Source: Candidatus Eiseniibacteriota bacterium
Lineage (GTDB): Bacteria; Eisenbacteria; RBG-16-71-46; CAIMUX01; VGJL01
Direction: 5' to 3'
Length of the DNA: 64,000 bases
NCBI GenBank assembly: GCA_963792585.1
Contig: CAWBWI010000001.1
Location: forward strand, 1,184,001-1,248,000
Part shown: in pieces, positions 1 through 10,177 of the stretch
How positions within the stretch are numbered: position 1 is the first letter of the stretch
Layout of the letters: every line of letters begins with the position of its first letter
Notes under the pieces: generated by a model
Told to the model about the DNA's origin: nothing
The model's input: the letters and a program-made list of their open reading frames with translations, nothing else
Databases searched by the model: none
Made by a program: the position numbers and the translations under genes

Positions 1-1
1 C

Positions 2-1036
2 GCGCGCGCTGGGGTGCATCGCCGCCAGGCAGTCCTCCGGGATCGCCAGATCACAAACCAACCGGCCCTCGGCATCGCGCCGAGGGTTACGGAGCCCCGG
101 TACGCTGTGGAACGGATCCGCATCGACTGGCCAGAGGGCTCCTCTCGCCCGCACGTCCGCGAGCGCCGCCGGGATCGCCTCCTCGACGGCGGCTCCGGGA
201 GTCGCTGGTTCGGCCTCCTCGCACGCTCGCAGCATTTCCAGCGCAGCCTGCGCCTCGGCGCGGGCGACCGCAGCGTCATTGCTACGACTGCGCGGCGCTG
301 CGCCCGCGGGGAGCGTCCAGTAGCGCCTTCCGTTCCGGAATCCGACCAGTGCATCGAGGTCGGCGTGGCGGGCGATGTCCACCGCCACCCGATCCGCAAT
401 GGACGCACCGTCCGCGGACGAAACAGCGCCGGCTTCGATGCAGCACGCCGCGAGCGATTCCGGCAGGGTCGCCATCCGCGCAAACAGATTCTCGCGAGGC
501 AGCATGAAGCTCTCGCCGGTGTACGCGTCCGGGGAACAGAGCAGGAGCAGCTGCGCGGGCAGGAAACCCCCCGGCGATCGGCCGGCGACTTCCCCACGCC
601 AGAGATCGGGCCAGCGTTCCAGGATCTCCAGATGGGTGTCGGCCATGCTGTTCCAGACAGACCGAAACGTTCCGTCGTCGGCCCCCCCCCGATCGAGGCG
701 CACGGATTCCTGGCGCAGGGCCCGCGCGTAGGCGGCCGTGGCCAGTTCGATCCATCCTCGCGTGTTGGAATCCGGGAGGCCGGCAGGAACTGGACTGCCG
801 ATCGCGAGCAGCCGCTCGCGAGCCTCCGAGGCGATGACGCGCGCCCGGTCACGCGCGAATGCCATTTCGTCCACAGTTCCCGTTTCGATCAACGACTCCG
901 CCTCGAGCGCGGCCTGGAGCGCCACGTGGGGGACCTCCCACGGCGGGCCCGTTGCTCCGGCATCGAGCGGGCCCGAGCCAGGGGTGGCTCCCAAGATGAG
1001 GATCGCGATCGCCGCGTCAGCGAAGAACGACCACAC
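2..1036 (-). CDS. Hypothetical, probably secreted protein (partial; runs off the left edge)
   Basis: Manual translation: GTG at 1036 with GAGGAG upstream, MWSFFADAAIAILILGATPGSG..., stop-free to the window edge; start overlaps the end of the upstream gene. Absent from the ORF track because it has no stop. Confidence 0.6.
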   Translation of the reverse strand, partial: MWSFFADAAIAILILGATPGSGPLDAGATGPPWEVPHVALQAALEAESLIETGTVDEMAFARDRARVIASEARERLLAIGSPVPAGLPDSNTRGWIELATAAYARALRQESVRLDRGGADDGTFRSVWNSMADTHLEILERWPDLWRGEVAGRSPGGFLPAQLLLLCSPDAYTGESFMLPRENLFARMATLPESLAACCIEAGAVSSADGASIADRVAVDIARHADLDALVGFRNGRRYWTLPAGAAPRSRSNDAAVARAEAQAALEMLRACEEAEPATPGAAVEEAIPAALADVRARGALWPVDADPFHSVPGLRNPRRDAEGRLVCDLAIPEDCLAAMHPSAR

Positions 1037-2165
1037 GCTGCACCTCCTCGGCACGATCGGTGAAGGCGAGTCGCGCCAGATAGAGCCCGTTGGAAAGCCC
1101 TCGTAGATCGAGGGACACGGAACCGTCGATATCAATTCCTGTGAGCTCTCGAAGCCGCCGCCCCCCGGAGTCCACCAGGGCGAGTCGGTCCGGGCACGCG
1201 CCCGGCGGAAAGGTGAAGTACAACCAGTCGCGGCTCGGCGTCGGACCGGCGGTCCACACGCGGCGCGGCGGCAGCACCTCCGTGCTGGGGTTCTCATCCC
1301 AGTCATCCGGTAGGCGAAAGTCGAGGGGCAAGGGCGCCTGGTCCCCGAGCCCCATGCGCGTCCACGGTGGCAGGCGGGGGGATGCGCAATCCGCGTAGCC
1401 ATCGCAGATGACACACCCCGATGGCAGATCGGGATCTCCGAAGTAGTACGTATCGGCCGATATGCAACTGCTCGAGGCGGGTTGTACGCAGAGAACATCA
1501 TAGGAAGTGATGGGCAGGCCGTCGCGACCCTGCTCGGGGCTCCCATCGAACTCATTGCCGCTGGCCAGCACGGTCGCCTCGAGGCGGCCCGAGGCTTCAC
1601 GACTGACGCGGGGGGCCTCATCGGGCTGCCGTGCCCAGTCGTCGCGCCAGACCGATCCACCGACGATTTCCGGAAAGAGCCGGACCTTTCCGGGGGCCGA
1701 AAAGAGGGACTGGTTGTTGTCCGCATGCGAGGAGAAGCACGCACAGTAGGGACGGAGCGATCCCTCGCTCGAACCGACGACCACGTAGAGCCATTCCCAA
1801 TCGTGCTCGTGGCTGTAGCCCTTGAAAGTGAAGCCGAACGTGAAGCGGGCCCAGTTCCGGGGATAGTAGAAGTGGTACTCGACGACCCAGCAGATCTTCC
1901 CGGCCGCGTCCCGTTGTTCGTGGACTTGCCCGTAGCAGGTGGCGGAGTGGGAGACGGGAGCACTCGCGAAGTTGTTTTCGATGTCCGTGTCGTCGTTGAC
2001 GTAGGAGATGGGGTACTCGAGACGGCGCCCGTCGGGCCCGTCGTCCTCGAAGTAGAGAACCGGCTTGAAGAACTCCAACATCGCCTGGTCGTCGAGGGAC
2101 GCGCTCGGAGAAGCGACCACGGCCCCCGAAGCGAGGAACAGAAGCGCGAGCGTCAATCTGTACAT
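1017..2165 (-). CDS. Secreted protein with NPP1/Vps62-like domain and T9SS type A-like C-terminal domain
   Basis: Signal peptide MYRLTLALLFLASGAVVA; motif EYHFYYPRNW...SHEHDWE; C-terminus PTPSRD...LVDSGGRRL...LDLRGLSNGLYLARL...VVVLR. Confidence 0.7.
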   Translation of the reverse strand: MYRLTLALLFLASGAVVASPSASLDDQAMLEFFKPVLYFEDDGPDGRRLEYPISYVNDDTDIENNFASAPVSHSATCYGQVHEQRDAAGKICWVVEYHFYYPRNWARFTFGFTFKGYSHEHDWEWLYVVVGSSEGSLRPYCACFSSHADNNQSLFSAPGKVRLFPEIVGGSVWRDDWARQPDEAPRVSREASGRLEATVLASGNEFDGSPEQGRDGLPITSYDVLCVQPASSSCISADTYYFGDPDLPSGCVICDGYADCASPRLPPWTRMGLGDQAPLPLDFRLPDDWDENPSTEVLPPRRVWTAGPTPSRDWLYFTFPPGACPDRLALVDSGGRRLRELTGIDIDGSVSLDLRGLSNGLYLARLAFTDRAEEVQRVVVLR

Positions 2166-2174
2166 GCTCGCCCC

Positions 2175-5084
2175 CTATCGAACCAGGTGCAGCCGTCTGG
2201 TCACGGCGCCCCGGGCGGTCTCCACCCGCACGAAGTAGATGCCTGCGGCAAGGGGACGTCCGTCTTCCTCGAACAGATCGGACCGCGTCAAGATGCGGTC
2301 TCCGCTCGACTGCTCGGGCCGCCACGCGGCGATGCGGCGGCCGGAGATGTCGAACATCTGGATGCGCTGCACTTCCGGGCCGCGCGTCCCCCATCGTATC
2401 CGGACGGGACCCGATGTCGGATTCGGCTCGATCGACACAGAGAACGGCGGAGTCGATGCATCAATCGCGGGCCAACCGGGCCTCTCCTCCTCCACGCGCA
2501 GCGCCCGCACGTGCACCGTCCCTGCCGTGGGACGAAGCTCGAAGAGAACCGGACGGCCGGCGGGCAACGCCAGATCCGCGCTCGCTCCCGACCAGGCATC
2601 CCCGATGGGTCCGATCCATGCTGCGTCGAGCAGTTCCCCGGTGAGCGGATCGGCCAGCCCAACCCGCATCGATCCCCCATCCGTGCTCCGGCTGTCCCAT
2701 CCGATCTGCAGGCGGCTCTGGCCAGGCCCAACGACGATTCGTTGGCTCAGGCCGGGTGTGGAGCCGATCGCAGGAGAGAGCACGATCGATGGGTTGCCGT
2801 CATCGAGCACGCGGACCGCGCAGGCCGGCTCCCCCCGCATCGAGGCGGGCCAAGGAGCGGTCCATCCGTCGGGTGCCCCGTCCGCGTCGGCGTCCTCTTC
2901 GAAACCGCCGTCCAGGAACGGCTCCGATCGACCCGGATCGATCGATACCCCATCGATGAACCCCACGAAGGACTCCGGGGGCAACGGACCACCCCGCATC
3001 AACCGGGCCCCTCCGGGCTCCGCGTCCTCCAACGGGCCGCCCGCGCGTCGTTCGTAACGGACGCAGACCTCTCGGATCCGCTCCCCGGCCCATCGATCGA
3101 GACGGATCGTGATCGGACTCCATCTCCCTCGATCGAATTGGTAATGCTCCGGATCGACCTGGATACCGCGAGCGTCGAGGAGGCAGTCGCTCATGACCAG
3201 GCCGCTCTCCGTGACCGCGTCCAACCCGAGGCGTCCTTCGCCCTCCTCTTGACGCACCCATGCGCGCAGGACCGTTCCGGGTCTCACGTGCACGTCGCAG
3301 TCGAAGAGCTTCCATGCCGCGGCCCGGCGGGACGATCCCTCACGGAATCGCGTCGCAACGCGCATCATCCGTTTCCCCTCGATAGGGTCAACGCCGTTCG
3401 TCCCTAGGACGATTCTGGCCGCCGTCGTCCCCGCGATCCTGTCACCCGTCGTCCAACCGCGATCCAACTCGACCGTGTTCTGTGTCGGCCATGATCCCGA
3501 CAACTCGAAGGAGCCGGCGAGACGGACCGGATCGATCCCAAGCTTCGGCGCGATCAGCGGATCGCCGAGCAGATTCTCCATCCGGATCGAAGCAAGGCTG
3601 CGCTGCCCACGCGTCCACTCACGCAAGAGACTCTCACGAGACCCCGCAAGGACAGCCCCGAGCAGGGCTCCATCACCGCGTGAGAGCCTCCGGAGGAACT
3701 GCCCGGTGATCTCCCAGTCGTCGAAGAACGTTGTCAAGTGGGAGGGGGCCACCACGGCGACCGCTCCCCGGTTCGGCTCACGGACCCAGGATTCGGCCGG
3801 TGAGTCGTATCCGGCGAAGTGCCCATCTTCATCGAAGGCGCCGTTCAGACACGTGCCGAAGAGCGCGATCGGGAGTCGGCCCGCGGTCGGCATCTCGGAG
3901 GCCAGGAGCCAGGGTTGCTGGGGTCCGGGGGGCGTCTCCCAGGCGTGAACGATGTTCGTCGGCGCGGTATTGTTTCCGAAGACGCAGAGGAGGCCGGCGC
4001 CTTGTGCGAGATCCCCCTGGAGGTCCGCCAGCGCTCGTTGCCGATTCTCGAGATGGCTGAGCGGCATGTAGGAGGAGGCGTAGCGCGCCGTCCACTGGAG
4101 AAGGCCTTCATCCTGAAGGACCCCGATGAGTTCCTGGGCCGCCCGCTGCCGGTCGGAGTTGTTCCGATTGACGGCGGCGTCACCAACCGCGAACTGGACC
4201 CGCGGAAGCGCCGCCTGCGATCGGTAGCCGGCGAGCTTCGCGACGTAGCCCGCAAGCTCTCCACCCGTCCGCACGGGGATCCGCCCGACGATGAGATCCC
4301 CGAAGGCGGCATCTTCCGCGAACGTGGCGTCGTAGAAACCCACGTACTCGTGGTCGTAAACGGTATGGAAGGTCGGTAGCAGATCGCTCTGCGGGACGTC
4401 TTCGCTCGCGGCGCCGACGAGGATCAGCGCAAGAGGGCGCGTGGCGAAACCGCTGCAGGCTGCTCCGACAGCGTCCCGAATCGCCCCGGCGCGGTCCTCG
4501 TCCCCGAAGTCCCTCAGGATCAAGGACAGCCGGGAGCGCGCGCAGCGAAAGCCGCGCGCCGCCAGGTCGTCGAGCAGGGGATCGAGGGAACCGCTCAGCG
4601 CATCGCTGGAGACGACCAGGACATCGCCGTCGCCGGGCCGCCAGAGCGGTTCGACCAGACCGTCCGCGCACGATTCCGCGATCGGGCCGGCGCCGTCATG
4701 GCGCACGCCTTCGAACAGCGACGGCGGGCCGCCGAAGAGGATTGTATCGATCCCCATGGGAGAATCGAGGAGGATCCGGTCGAACTCGACCTCGACCGGA
4801 GGAGTGAGGTCGGGCGCGCTTACTCTGAGGGGAACGCGGATGAGCCCGGACTCCCACCGCCCGAGAGCGAAGGGAGAGACGACGCGGAGCGTGGGTTCAT
4901 CATGGTCCCCCGCGGACCGCACCCATGCCTCGATGCGCCCTCCCGAAGTCAGGTGGGGCGTGCGAACACAGAGCTCCGACCAACCCAGCCCTTCGCACGC
5001 CTTCGCGTCGCCTGCGCAAGGGCGCACGAACCCAAGTCCCGCGATGAACATCAGACCGTAGAGGAACGGCTTCAGGTCCTTCAT
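2175..5084 (-). CDS. Peptidase C25 (gingipain-family) domain protein with beta-sandwich domains and T9SS/FlgD-like C-terminal domain
   Basis: ATG at 5084 after GGAGG (MKDLKPFLYGL); C25 motifs IVGRIPVR, GTCLNGAFD, AESWVREPNRGAVAVVAPS, NLLGDP; C-terminus PNPT...FDISGRRI...GRPLAAGIYFVRV. Confidence 0.8.
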   Translation of the reverse strand: MKDLKPFLYGLMFIAGLGFVRPCAGDAKACEGLGWSELCVRTPHLTSGGRIEAWVRSAGDHDEPTLRVVSPFALGRWESGLIRVPLRVSAPDLTPPVEVEFDRILLDSPMGIDTILFGGPPSLFEGVRHDGAGPIAESCADGLVEPLWRPGDGDVLVVSSDALSGSLDPLLDDLAARGFRCARSRLSLILRDFGDEDRAGAIRDAVGAACSGFATRPLALILVGAASEDVPQSDLLPTFHTVYDHEYVGFYDATFAEDAAFGDLIVGRIPVRTGGELAGYVAKLAGYRSQAALPRVQFAVGDAAVNRNNSDRQRAAQELIGVLQDEGLLQWTARYASSYMPLSHLENRQRALADLQGDLAQGAGLLCVFGNNTAPTNIVHAWETPPGPQQPWLLASEMPTAGRLPIALFGTCLNGAFDEDGHFAGYDSPAESWVREPNRGAVAVVAPSHLTTFFDDWEITGQFLRRLSRGDGALLGAVLAGSRESLLREWTRGQRSLASIRMENLLGDPLIAPKLGIDPVRLAGSFELSGSWPTQNTVELDRGWTTGDRIAGTTAARIVLGTNGVDPIEGKRMMRVATRFREGSSRRAAAWKLFDCDVHVRPGTVLRAWVRQEEGEGRLGLDAVTESGLVMSDCLLDARGIQVDPEHYQFDRGRWSPITIRLDRWAGERIREVCVRYERRAGGPLEDAEPGGARLMRGGPLPPESFVGFIDGVSIDPGRSEPFLDGGFEEDADADGAPDGWTAPWPASMRGEPACAVRVLDDGNPSIVLSPAIGSTPGLSQRIVVGPGQSRLQIGWDSRSTDGGSMRVGLADPLTGELLDAAWIGPIGDAWSGASADLALPAGRPVLFELRPTAGTVHVRALRVEEERPGWPAIDASTPPFSVSIEPNPTSGPVRIRWGTRGPEVQRIQMFDISGRRIAAWRPEQSSGDRILTRSDLFEEDGRPLAAGIYFVRVETARGAVTRRLHLVR

Positions 5085-5530
5085 GACACCTCCCCTGTGC
5101 CCTGGAAAGAGGGCGGGGAGGCCGTGGCAATCTCCGGGCCATCGACAGCGGAATGCGCCTCGGGCTGCCGAAAACGCCGCAAGCGAGGGGATTCGGCGTG
5201 AGGACGCCGGAGCGCCCGACCCATCCCGCGCGCACGAGCGTCGGAAGCTCGACGGACGCCTGACCGCCGGTCGACGCGCATCCTCTCCACGGCCGGCGAC
5301 CCACGCGTCATGGATACTTGCTCGATGCTTCCCCCCACGGAGCCCGTTCTGTGCGTCTTCATGGCATGCGCGGCGTCGATTGCGGAACCTCAATGCCGTC
5401 ATGGAGTTCTGGGACTGGGTCGCGATTCCCGCTGGAGCGCCCGAGCGACGCGTCGATTCGATCGGATATCATGATGTCGGGTGTTTCTCGAAACGGGGTC
5501 CCCCGGTCCGTTCGACGTGGAGGTTGAACC

Positions 5531-5731
5531 GTGTTCAAGTTCCTGCTTTGGCTAGTCCTCCTTGTGCTCTGCTGGCCGCTCGCGATCCTTGCGCTCGTTC
5601 TGTACCCCTTGGTCTGGCTCATCTTGCTGCCATTCCGATTGATCGGGATCACGGTGACGGCCGTATTCGCCCTTCTGAAGGCAATCCTGATGCTCCCCAC
5701 GCGGATCCTCGGAGGGCCCGGGAAACTCTAG
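5531..5731 (+). CDS. Small hydrophobic membrane protein (66 aa)
   Basis: GTG start after GGAGG; strongly hydrophobic sequence LCWPLAILALVLYP...LPFRLIG...LMLPTRILGG. Confidence 0.7.
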   Translation: MFKFLLWLVLLVLCWPLAILALVLYPLVWLILLPFRLIGITVTAVFALLKAILMLPTRILGGPGKL

Positions 5732-5830
5732 CCCCACCCGACCGCGGGCCGACGCCTTGAGCCGTCGACCGGGTACCGCTAATCTGCACGGATTGGTTCG
5801 CGGCTCCGCACGAGTCGCCGAGGAGGTGCT

Positions 5831-7027
5831 TTGCACGAACAGCTCGCGATCGACGGCGGCTCCCCCGTCCGAGAGAAGTTCCTCATCTTCGGAAACCCCG
5901 ACATCCGGGAGGAGGAGATCCAGGAGGTCGTCGAAACGCTGCGCTCCGGATGGCCCGGAACGGGGCCCCGGGTCGCCCGGTTCGAAGAGGATTTCCGCAA
6001 CTACGTGGGCGCGAAGAATGCGGTCGCCCTCGCTTCCTGCACCGCGGGAATCCACCTCTCCCTGATCGCCCTGGGCGTGAAGCCGGGTGACGAGGTGGTC
6101 ACGACCCCGCTGACCTTCGTCGCGACGGTGAACTCGATCCTCCATGTCGGCGCCCGTCCCGTGATGGCCGACGTCGATCGGGCGACGATGAACATCGACC
6201 CCGCGCGCGTGGCAGAGAAGATCACACCCCGCACGCGCGTCATCCTGCCGGTCCACTTCGCGGGCCGTCCGGTCGACATGACCGCAATCGAGGCGATCGC
6301 CCGCCCGCGCGGCATCAAAATCCTCGAGGACGCCGCGCACGCCGTCGAGGCGTCGCACCGCGGGCGCAAGGTCGGCGCGATCGGCGACTGCACCGTCTTC
6401 AGCTTCTATGTGAACAAGAACATGATCACCGTCGAGGGCGGGATGGTGACCACGCAGGATGACGAACTCGCCTCGTGGGTGAAGATCGCCGGCCTCCACG
6501 GCATGTCCAAGGATGCGTGGAAGCGCTTCGGCGACTCGGGCTACAAGCACTACTTCGTGCACTTCCCCGGATTCAAGTACAACATGACCGACATGCAGGC
6601 CGCCATCGGGATCCACCAGCTCAAGCGGGTCGAGCAGGGCTGGCTCCGCCGCCGGGCGATCTGGCAGCGTTACATGGAGGCATTCGCCGATCTGCCGATC
6701 ATCCTGCCGGCCCCGATCGATCCTCGGGATCGGCACGCCCTGCACCTCTTCACGCTGATCGCCGACACGGACCGCCTCACAGTCGATCGCGACGCGCTGC
6801 TCGGCGCGCTTCAGGCGGAGAACATCGGCACCGGAGTTCACTACACCGCCGTACACCTTCATCCCTACTACCGGGAGACATTCGGCTTCGCGCGCGGCGA
6901 TTTCCCCCATACCGAGTTCATCGCTGACCGGACGATCTCCATCCCCTTCTCGACCAAGTTGACCGACGCCGACGTCGACGACGTGATCCTGGCGGTGCGG
7001 AAGGTCTTCACGCACTATGCAAAATGA
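5831..7027 (+). CDS. DegT/DnrJ/EryC1/StrS family PLP-dependent sugar aminotransferase
   Basis: Motifs SCTAGIHL, ILPVHFAG, EDAAHA, FSFYVNKNMITVEGGM, GFKYNMTD; GAGGAGG before a TTG start. Confidence 0.93.
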   Translation: MHEQLAIDGGSPVREKFLIFGNPDIREEEIQEVVETLRSGWPGTGPRVARFEEDFRNYVGAKNAVALASCTAGIHLSLIALGVKPGDEVVTTPLTFVATVNSILHVGARPVMADVDRATMNIDPARVAEKITPRTRVILPVHFAGRPVDMTAIEAIARPRGIKILEDAAHAVEASHRGRKVGAIGDCTVFSFYVNKNMITVEGGMVTTQDDELASWVKIAGLHGMSKDAWKRFGDSGYKHYFVHFPGFKYNMTDMQAAIGIHQLKRVEQGWLRRRAIWQRYMEAFADLPIILPAPIDPRDRHALHLFTLIADTDRLTVDRDALLGALQAENIGTGVHYTAVHLHPYYRETFGFARGDFPHTEFIADRTISIPFSTKLTDADVDDVILAVRKVFTHYAK

Positions 7028-8051
7028 GGACCGGCTGAGCCCTAAGTTCCAGCGGATCTTCCGCCGCGCGTGGCTCCTAACCCTCTGGGCCGGCCGGCGC
7101 GTGGGACGTCTCGTGCCGCCCCCCCGCATGGCTCAGATCGAGATCACGAACCGCTGCAACCTGACCTGTAGAACCTGCACGCGCCTGAAGCTGCCGCAAC
7201 TCGGCGACATGCCGTACGACGACTTCGTCAAGCTGCTCGATACCCTGAAGGGCGTGCGGCGGATCTGGCTCTCCGGCCAAGGGGAGCCGCTGCTGCACCC
7301 GGACCTCGCCCGGATGATTCGCGCGTGCACGGACCGCGGGATCGGCGACACGATCGTGCACACCAACGGGATGCTCCTCTCGGGCGCGGTCGCCGACGGC
7401 ATCGCGGCGAGCGGCCTGGGCGAGTTGCGCGTGTCGATCGACGGCGGCAACGCGGTCGACATGGAATACCTGCGGGACGGATCGTCCCTCGAGCGGGTGC
7501 TCGAGAACGCCCGCCTCTTCGCCGCCCGCGGGACGACGCGGACGAGCTTCTACACCGTCCTGAACCGGCGCAACCACGCGGACGCGCACCATCTCCTGCG
7601 CCTCGCCGGGGAAGCCGGAGTGCGCCGGATCTACTTCGTGGAGACGGTTCCCTTCCGGGACGAATCCACCGAACGGGAGATTTACGACCGGCGTGAGTAT
7701 CAGTTCGGATCCCTGGCGCCCGCGCTTCGCGAGGAGACATTGGCGGCCATCCGTAAGGAAGCGCTGCGGCACGGCGTCGATGCGATCATCGACCTCAAGT
7801 GGTATCGGAAACGTTGTTTCGAGCCATTTCAGAAGCTCTACGTCGACTTCTCGGGCAACGTGACCCCCTGCTGCCGCATCCACAATGAAGTCTTCGTCGG
7901 GAACATCCTGAAAGACGGCCTGGCGGGCTCATGGTACAGTCGCGCGATGGAAGAATGGAGGGACGATCTGCTCCACCGCGGGCGACACCGGCGGATATGC
8001 GTCGAGCGGTGCAATCTGGGGATCGGATGCTCCCGGGAGCACGATCGATGA
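7017..8051 (+). CDS. Radical SAM protein with SPASM/twitch domain
   Basis: CNLTCRTC (CxxxCxxC), GQGEPLLHP, VSIDG; C-terminal CFEPF...GNVTPCC...VGNI...CVERC. Confidence 0.9.
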   Translation: MQNEDRLSPKFQRIFRRAWLLTLWAGRRVGRLVPPPRMAQIEITNRCNLTCRTCTRLKLPQLGDMPYDDFVKLLDTLKGVRRIWLSGQGEPLLHPDLARMIRACTDRGIGDTIVHTNGMLLSGAVADGIAASGLGELRVSIDGGNAVDMEYLRDGSSLERVLENARLFAARGTTRTSFYTVLNRRNHADAHHLLRLAGEAGVRRIYFVETVPFRDESTEREIYDRREYQFGSLAPALREETLAAIRKEALRHGVDAIIDLKWYRKRCFEPFQKLYVDFSGNVTPCCRIHNEVFVGNILKDGLAGSWYSRAMEEWRDDLLHRGRHRRICVERCNLGIGCSREHDR

Positions 8052-8723
8052 ACGGTCAGTTCGGCCTGCTGTCGAAGAACTGGCTCGTATGGCGGATCGG
8101 CCGGCGGCATGTCGCATCGGTCGCCCACCTCGCGCACGGCCGGGTCCTCGACATCGGCTGCGGTGAGCAGCCGTTCCGGGCCGTCTTCGACGGCCGCGTC
8201 GAGAAGATCATCGGCCTCGACCACCTCCACACCCTGCACCCGAACGAGACGATCGAGGTCTTCGGGACCGCGCTCTTCCTCCCCTTCCGCACCGATTCCT
8301 TCGACGCGGCGATCTGCTTTCAGGTCCTCGAGCATGTCCCCGAGCCTTTCGACCTCCTCAGTGAGGCGCGGCGCGTCCTGCGGCCCGGCGCGCACCTGAT
8401 CCTCACCGCGCCCCACATCTGGAACGTCCACGAAGCGCCGCACGACTACTTCCGCTATACGCAGTACGGGCTCGAGCACCTGTTCCGAAAGTCCGGTTTC
8501 GAGGTCGTGGAAGTGCGCGCCATGGCGGGATACTTCGTCACGGTGGCGGCCCGCTTCTGCTACTTCCTCGCCCACTTCGACCGCTGGGGCCTTCAGCTCC
8601 TGGTGCCGCCCGCTCTACCTGATCACCCAGGCGTTCGGGGGACTGCTGGACAAGGTCTACTGCGATCGGACGGAGACCTGGAACTACCTCGCGGTCGGAC
8701 GCGTGCCCGGCCCCCGCGGATGA
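8048..8723 (+). CDS. Class I SAM-dependent methyltransferase (one frameshift near 8606)
   Basis: ATG overlapping the radical SAM stop; VLDIGCG, SFDAAICFQVLEHVP, HEAPHDYFRYT; after the shift reads LYLITQAFGGLLDKV...to TGA at 8721-8723. Confidence 0.85.
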
Positions 8724-10054
8724 GCATGCGCGCGGGTCGTTGGGCACTCCTCGCGGGCGTGCTCCTCCACCTGCTCTTCGTCGTCTCCCTCAAGACGCAG
8801 TGGATGACCCCCCTCTTCATCGAGGCGCGCCACGCCTACGGTCAGGCGGGAGACTACTTCGGGATCTACCAGGCGGGCGACAACCTGGTTCACGGTTGGT
8901 CGATCTACGACGCGGTGGACTATCGCAACGAGGCCGTGCGACGCGTCCCCTACTTCTACTTCTACCGCTACCTCCCGCCGACCGCCTACATCTCCGCCGT
9001 CGCGAGTCTGGCCGTCTCGCCGTGGACCGGCTATGTCCTCTGGGTACTCTTGACCGAACTCCTGATGGCGGCGATCGTGGTCGCGATCCTGCGACTCGAT
9101 CGCTTCCCGATCCGAGACCGCCGTCTCTACGCGGGCTTGTGGCTCGGTTTCTTCCCCTTCTACCTCGAGCAATGGATGGGGCAATTCTCGTTCCTGATGG
9201 CCGCGTTCCTCTGGATCATCTTCAGCGGGGGGATGCGCGACGCGACGCGTGACGGGGCGCGCCCAGGGGCCGAGACACCGCCGCGCGGCCGCGCGTTCTG
9301 GGCATTCGCAGCGTCGGTCGGACTCAAGAGCTTTACCGCTCTCTTCGCCCTGCCCTACCTGCGCCGGCGCTGGATCCGCCCGGTCATCCTCTGCGCTGCC
9401 GCCGTCGCGCTGGTATGCGCGCCCTACTACATCGCCCGTCCCACAGATCTGAAGCAGTTCCTGCTCCTCAATTTCCGGCCTCTGCCCCCCGGCATCCATG
9501 GGGGTACGCTCGGCGCCTCTGCCTTCGTGCGCGCGCTCGGCTGGTTGCTGCCGGAATCGATCGCGGGGATTCGGCTCGATCTGCGGTTCTTCGACGTCTA
9601 CATGGGCAACGTACCGGTCTTCGCGATGATCGTGGGGGTACTGACGTTGAGCGCCTGGGCCACCTGGCGCCACGGCGCGCGGGCGCCGATCAATACGCTC
9701 CTCGCCGTCTGGATGCTTGCCTTCTTCCTGATCTTCAAGGACGTCTGGGAGTATCACTACGTGATGTTGCTGCCCGTCGTGACGGCGCTGGGACTCTCGA
9801 CCAGCTCCCCCTTTGTCCTCTGGATGACGGTCCTGCTCGCGGTGCCGACGCCCTATGTCCTCTTCGCGGATCCAACGGCAACAGGAGGCCTGCCCCAAGG
9901 GGCAAACCTCCTGCACCACGCGGCGAAGGCGCTGCCGACCGCCGCCCTCTTCGTCTGGACCCTGCGCAGGGCCGCAACTACGGCTTGGGCGTATCCTCGG
10001 GCTTCTTCGTCTCCGTCGGCGTCTGCGGCGGTTGCTCCTTCATCCCGCCCTTGA
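8720..10054 (+). CDS. Polytopic membrane glycosyltransferase, GT87/DUF2029 (GT-C) family
   Basis: ATGA overlap at 8720; [36 protein letters not shown]; many TM segments. Confidence 0.75.
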   Translation: MSMRAGRWALLAGVLLHLLFVVSLKTQWMTPLFIEARHAYGQAGDYFGIYQAGDNLVHGWSIYDAVDYRNEAVRRVPYFYFYRYLPPTAYISAVASLAVSPWTGYVLWVLLTELLMAAIVVAILRLDRFPIRDRRLYAGLWLGFFPFYLEQWMGQFSFLMAAFLWIIFSGGMRDATRDGARPGAETPPRGRAFWAFAASVGLKSFTALFALPYLRRRWIRPVILCAAAVALVCAPYYIARPTDLKQFLLLNFRPLPPGIHGGTLGASAFVRALGWLLPESIAGIRLDLRFFDVYMGNVPVFAMIVGVLTLSAWATWRHGARAPINTLLAVWMLAFFLIFKDVWEYHYVMLLPVVTALGLSTSSPFVLWMTVLLAVPTPYVLFADPTATGGLPQGANLLHHAAKALPTAALFVWTLRRAATTAWAYPRASSSPSASAAVAPSSRP

Positions 10055-10169
10055 ACTCGCCGATCCCGCGTCCGAGGGAACGGGCGAGCTCGGGAATCCT
10101 CTTCGCGCCGAATATGAGAACGACGATCAGCAGGATGACTAGGATTTCTCGGAATCCGACCTGACCCAT
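9978..10169 (-). CDS. tatA: Twin-arginine translocase subunit TatA
   Basis: [38 protein letters not shown]. Confidence 0.95.
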   Translation of the reverse strand: MGQVGFREILVILLIVVLIFGAKRIPELARSLGRGIGEFKGGMKEQPPQTPTETKKPEDTPKP

Positions 10170-10177
10170 CTTCGCCC

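Noticed and set aside
14..3407. + strand ORFs 14..1063 and 1482..3407
   Set aside because: Arg/Pro-rich shadows opposite well-supported minus-strand genes.
7931..10054. 707-aa methyltransferase-GT87 fusion in the ORF track
   Set aside because: A one-base shift near 8606 restores a normal methyltransferase C-terminus ending at 8723 with ATGA coupling to the GT87 start, so the fusion is probably an artefact.
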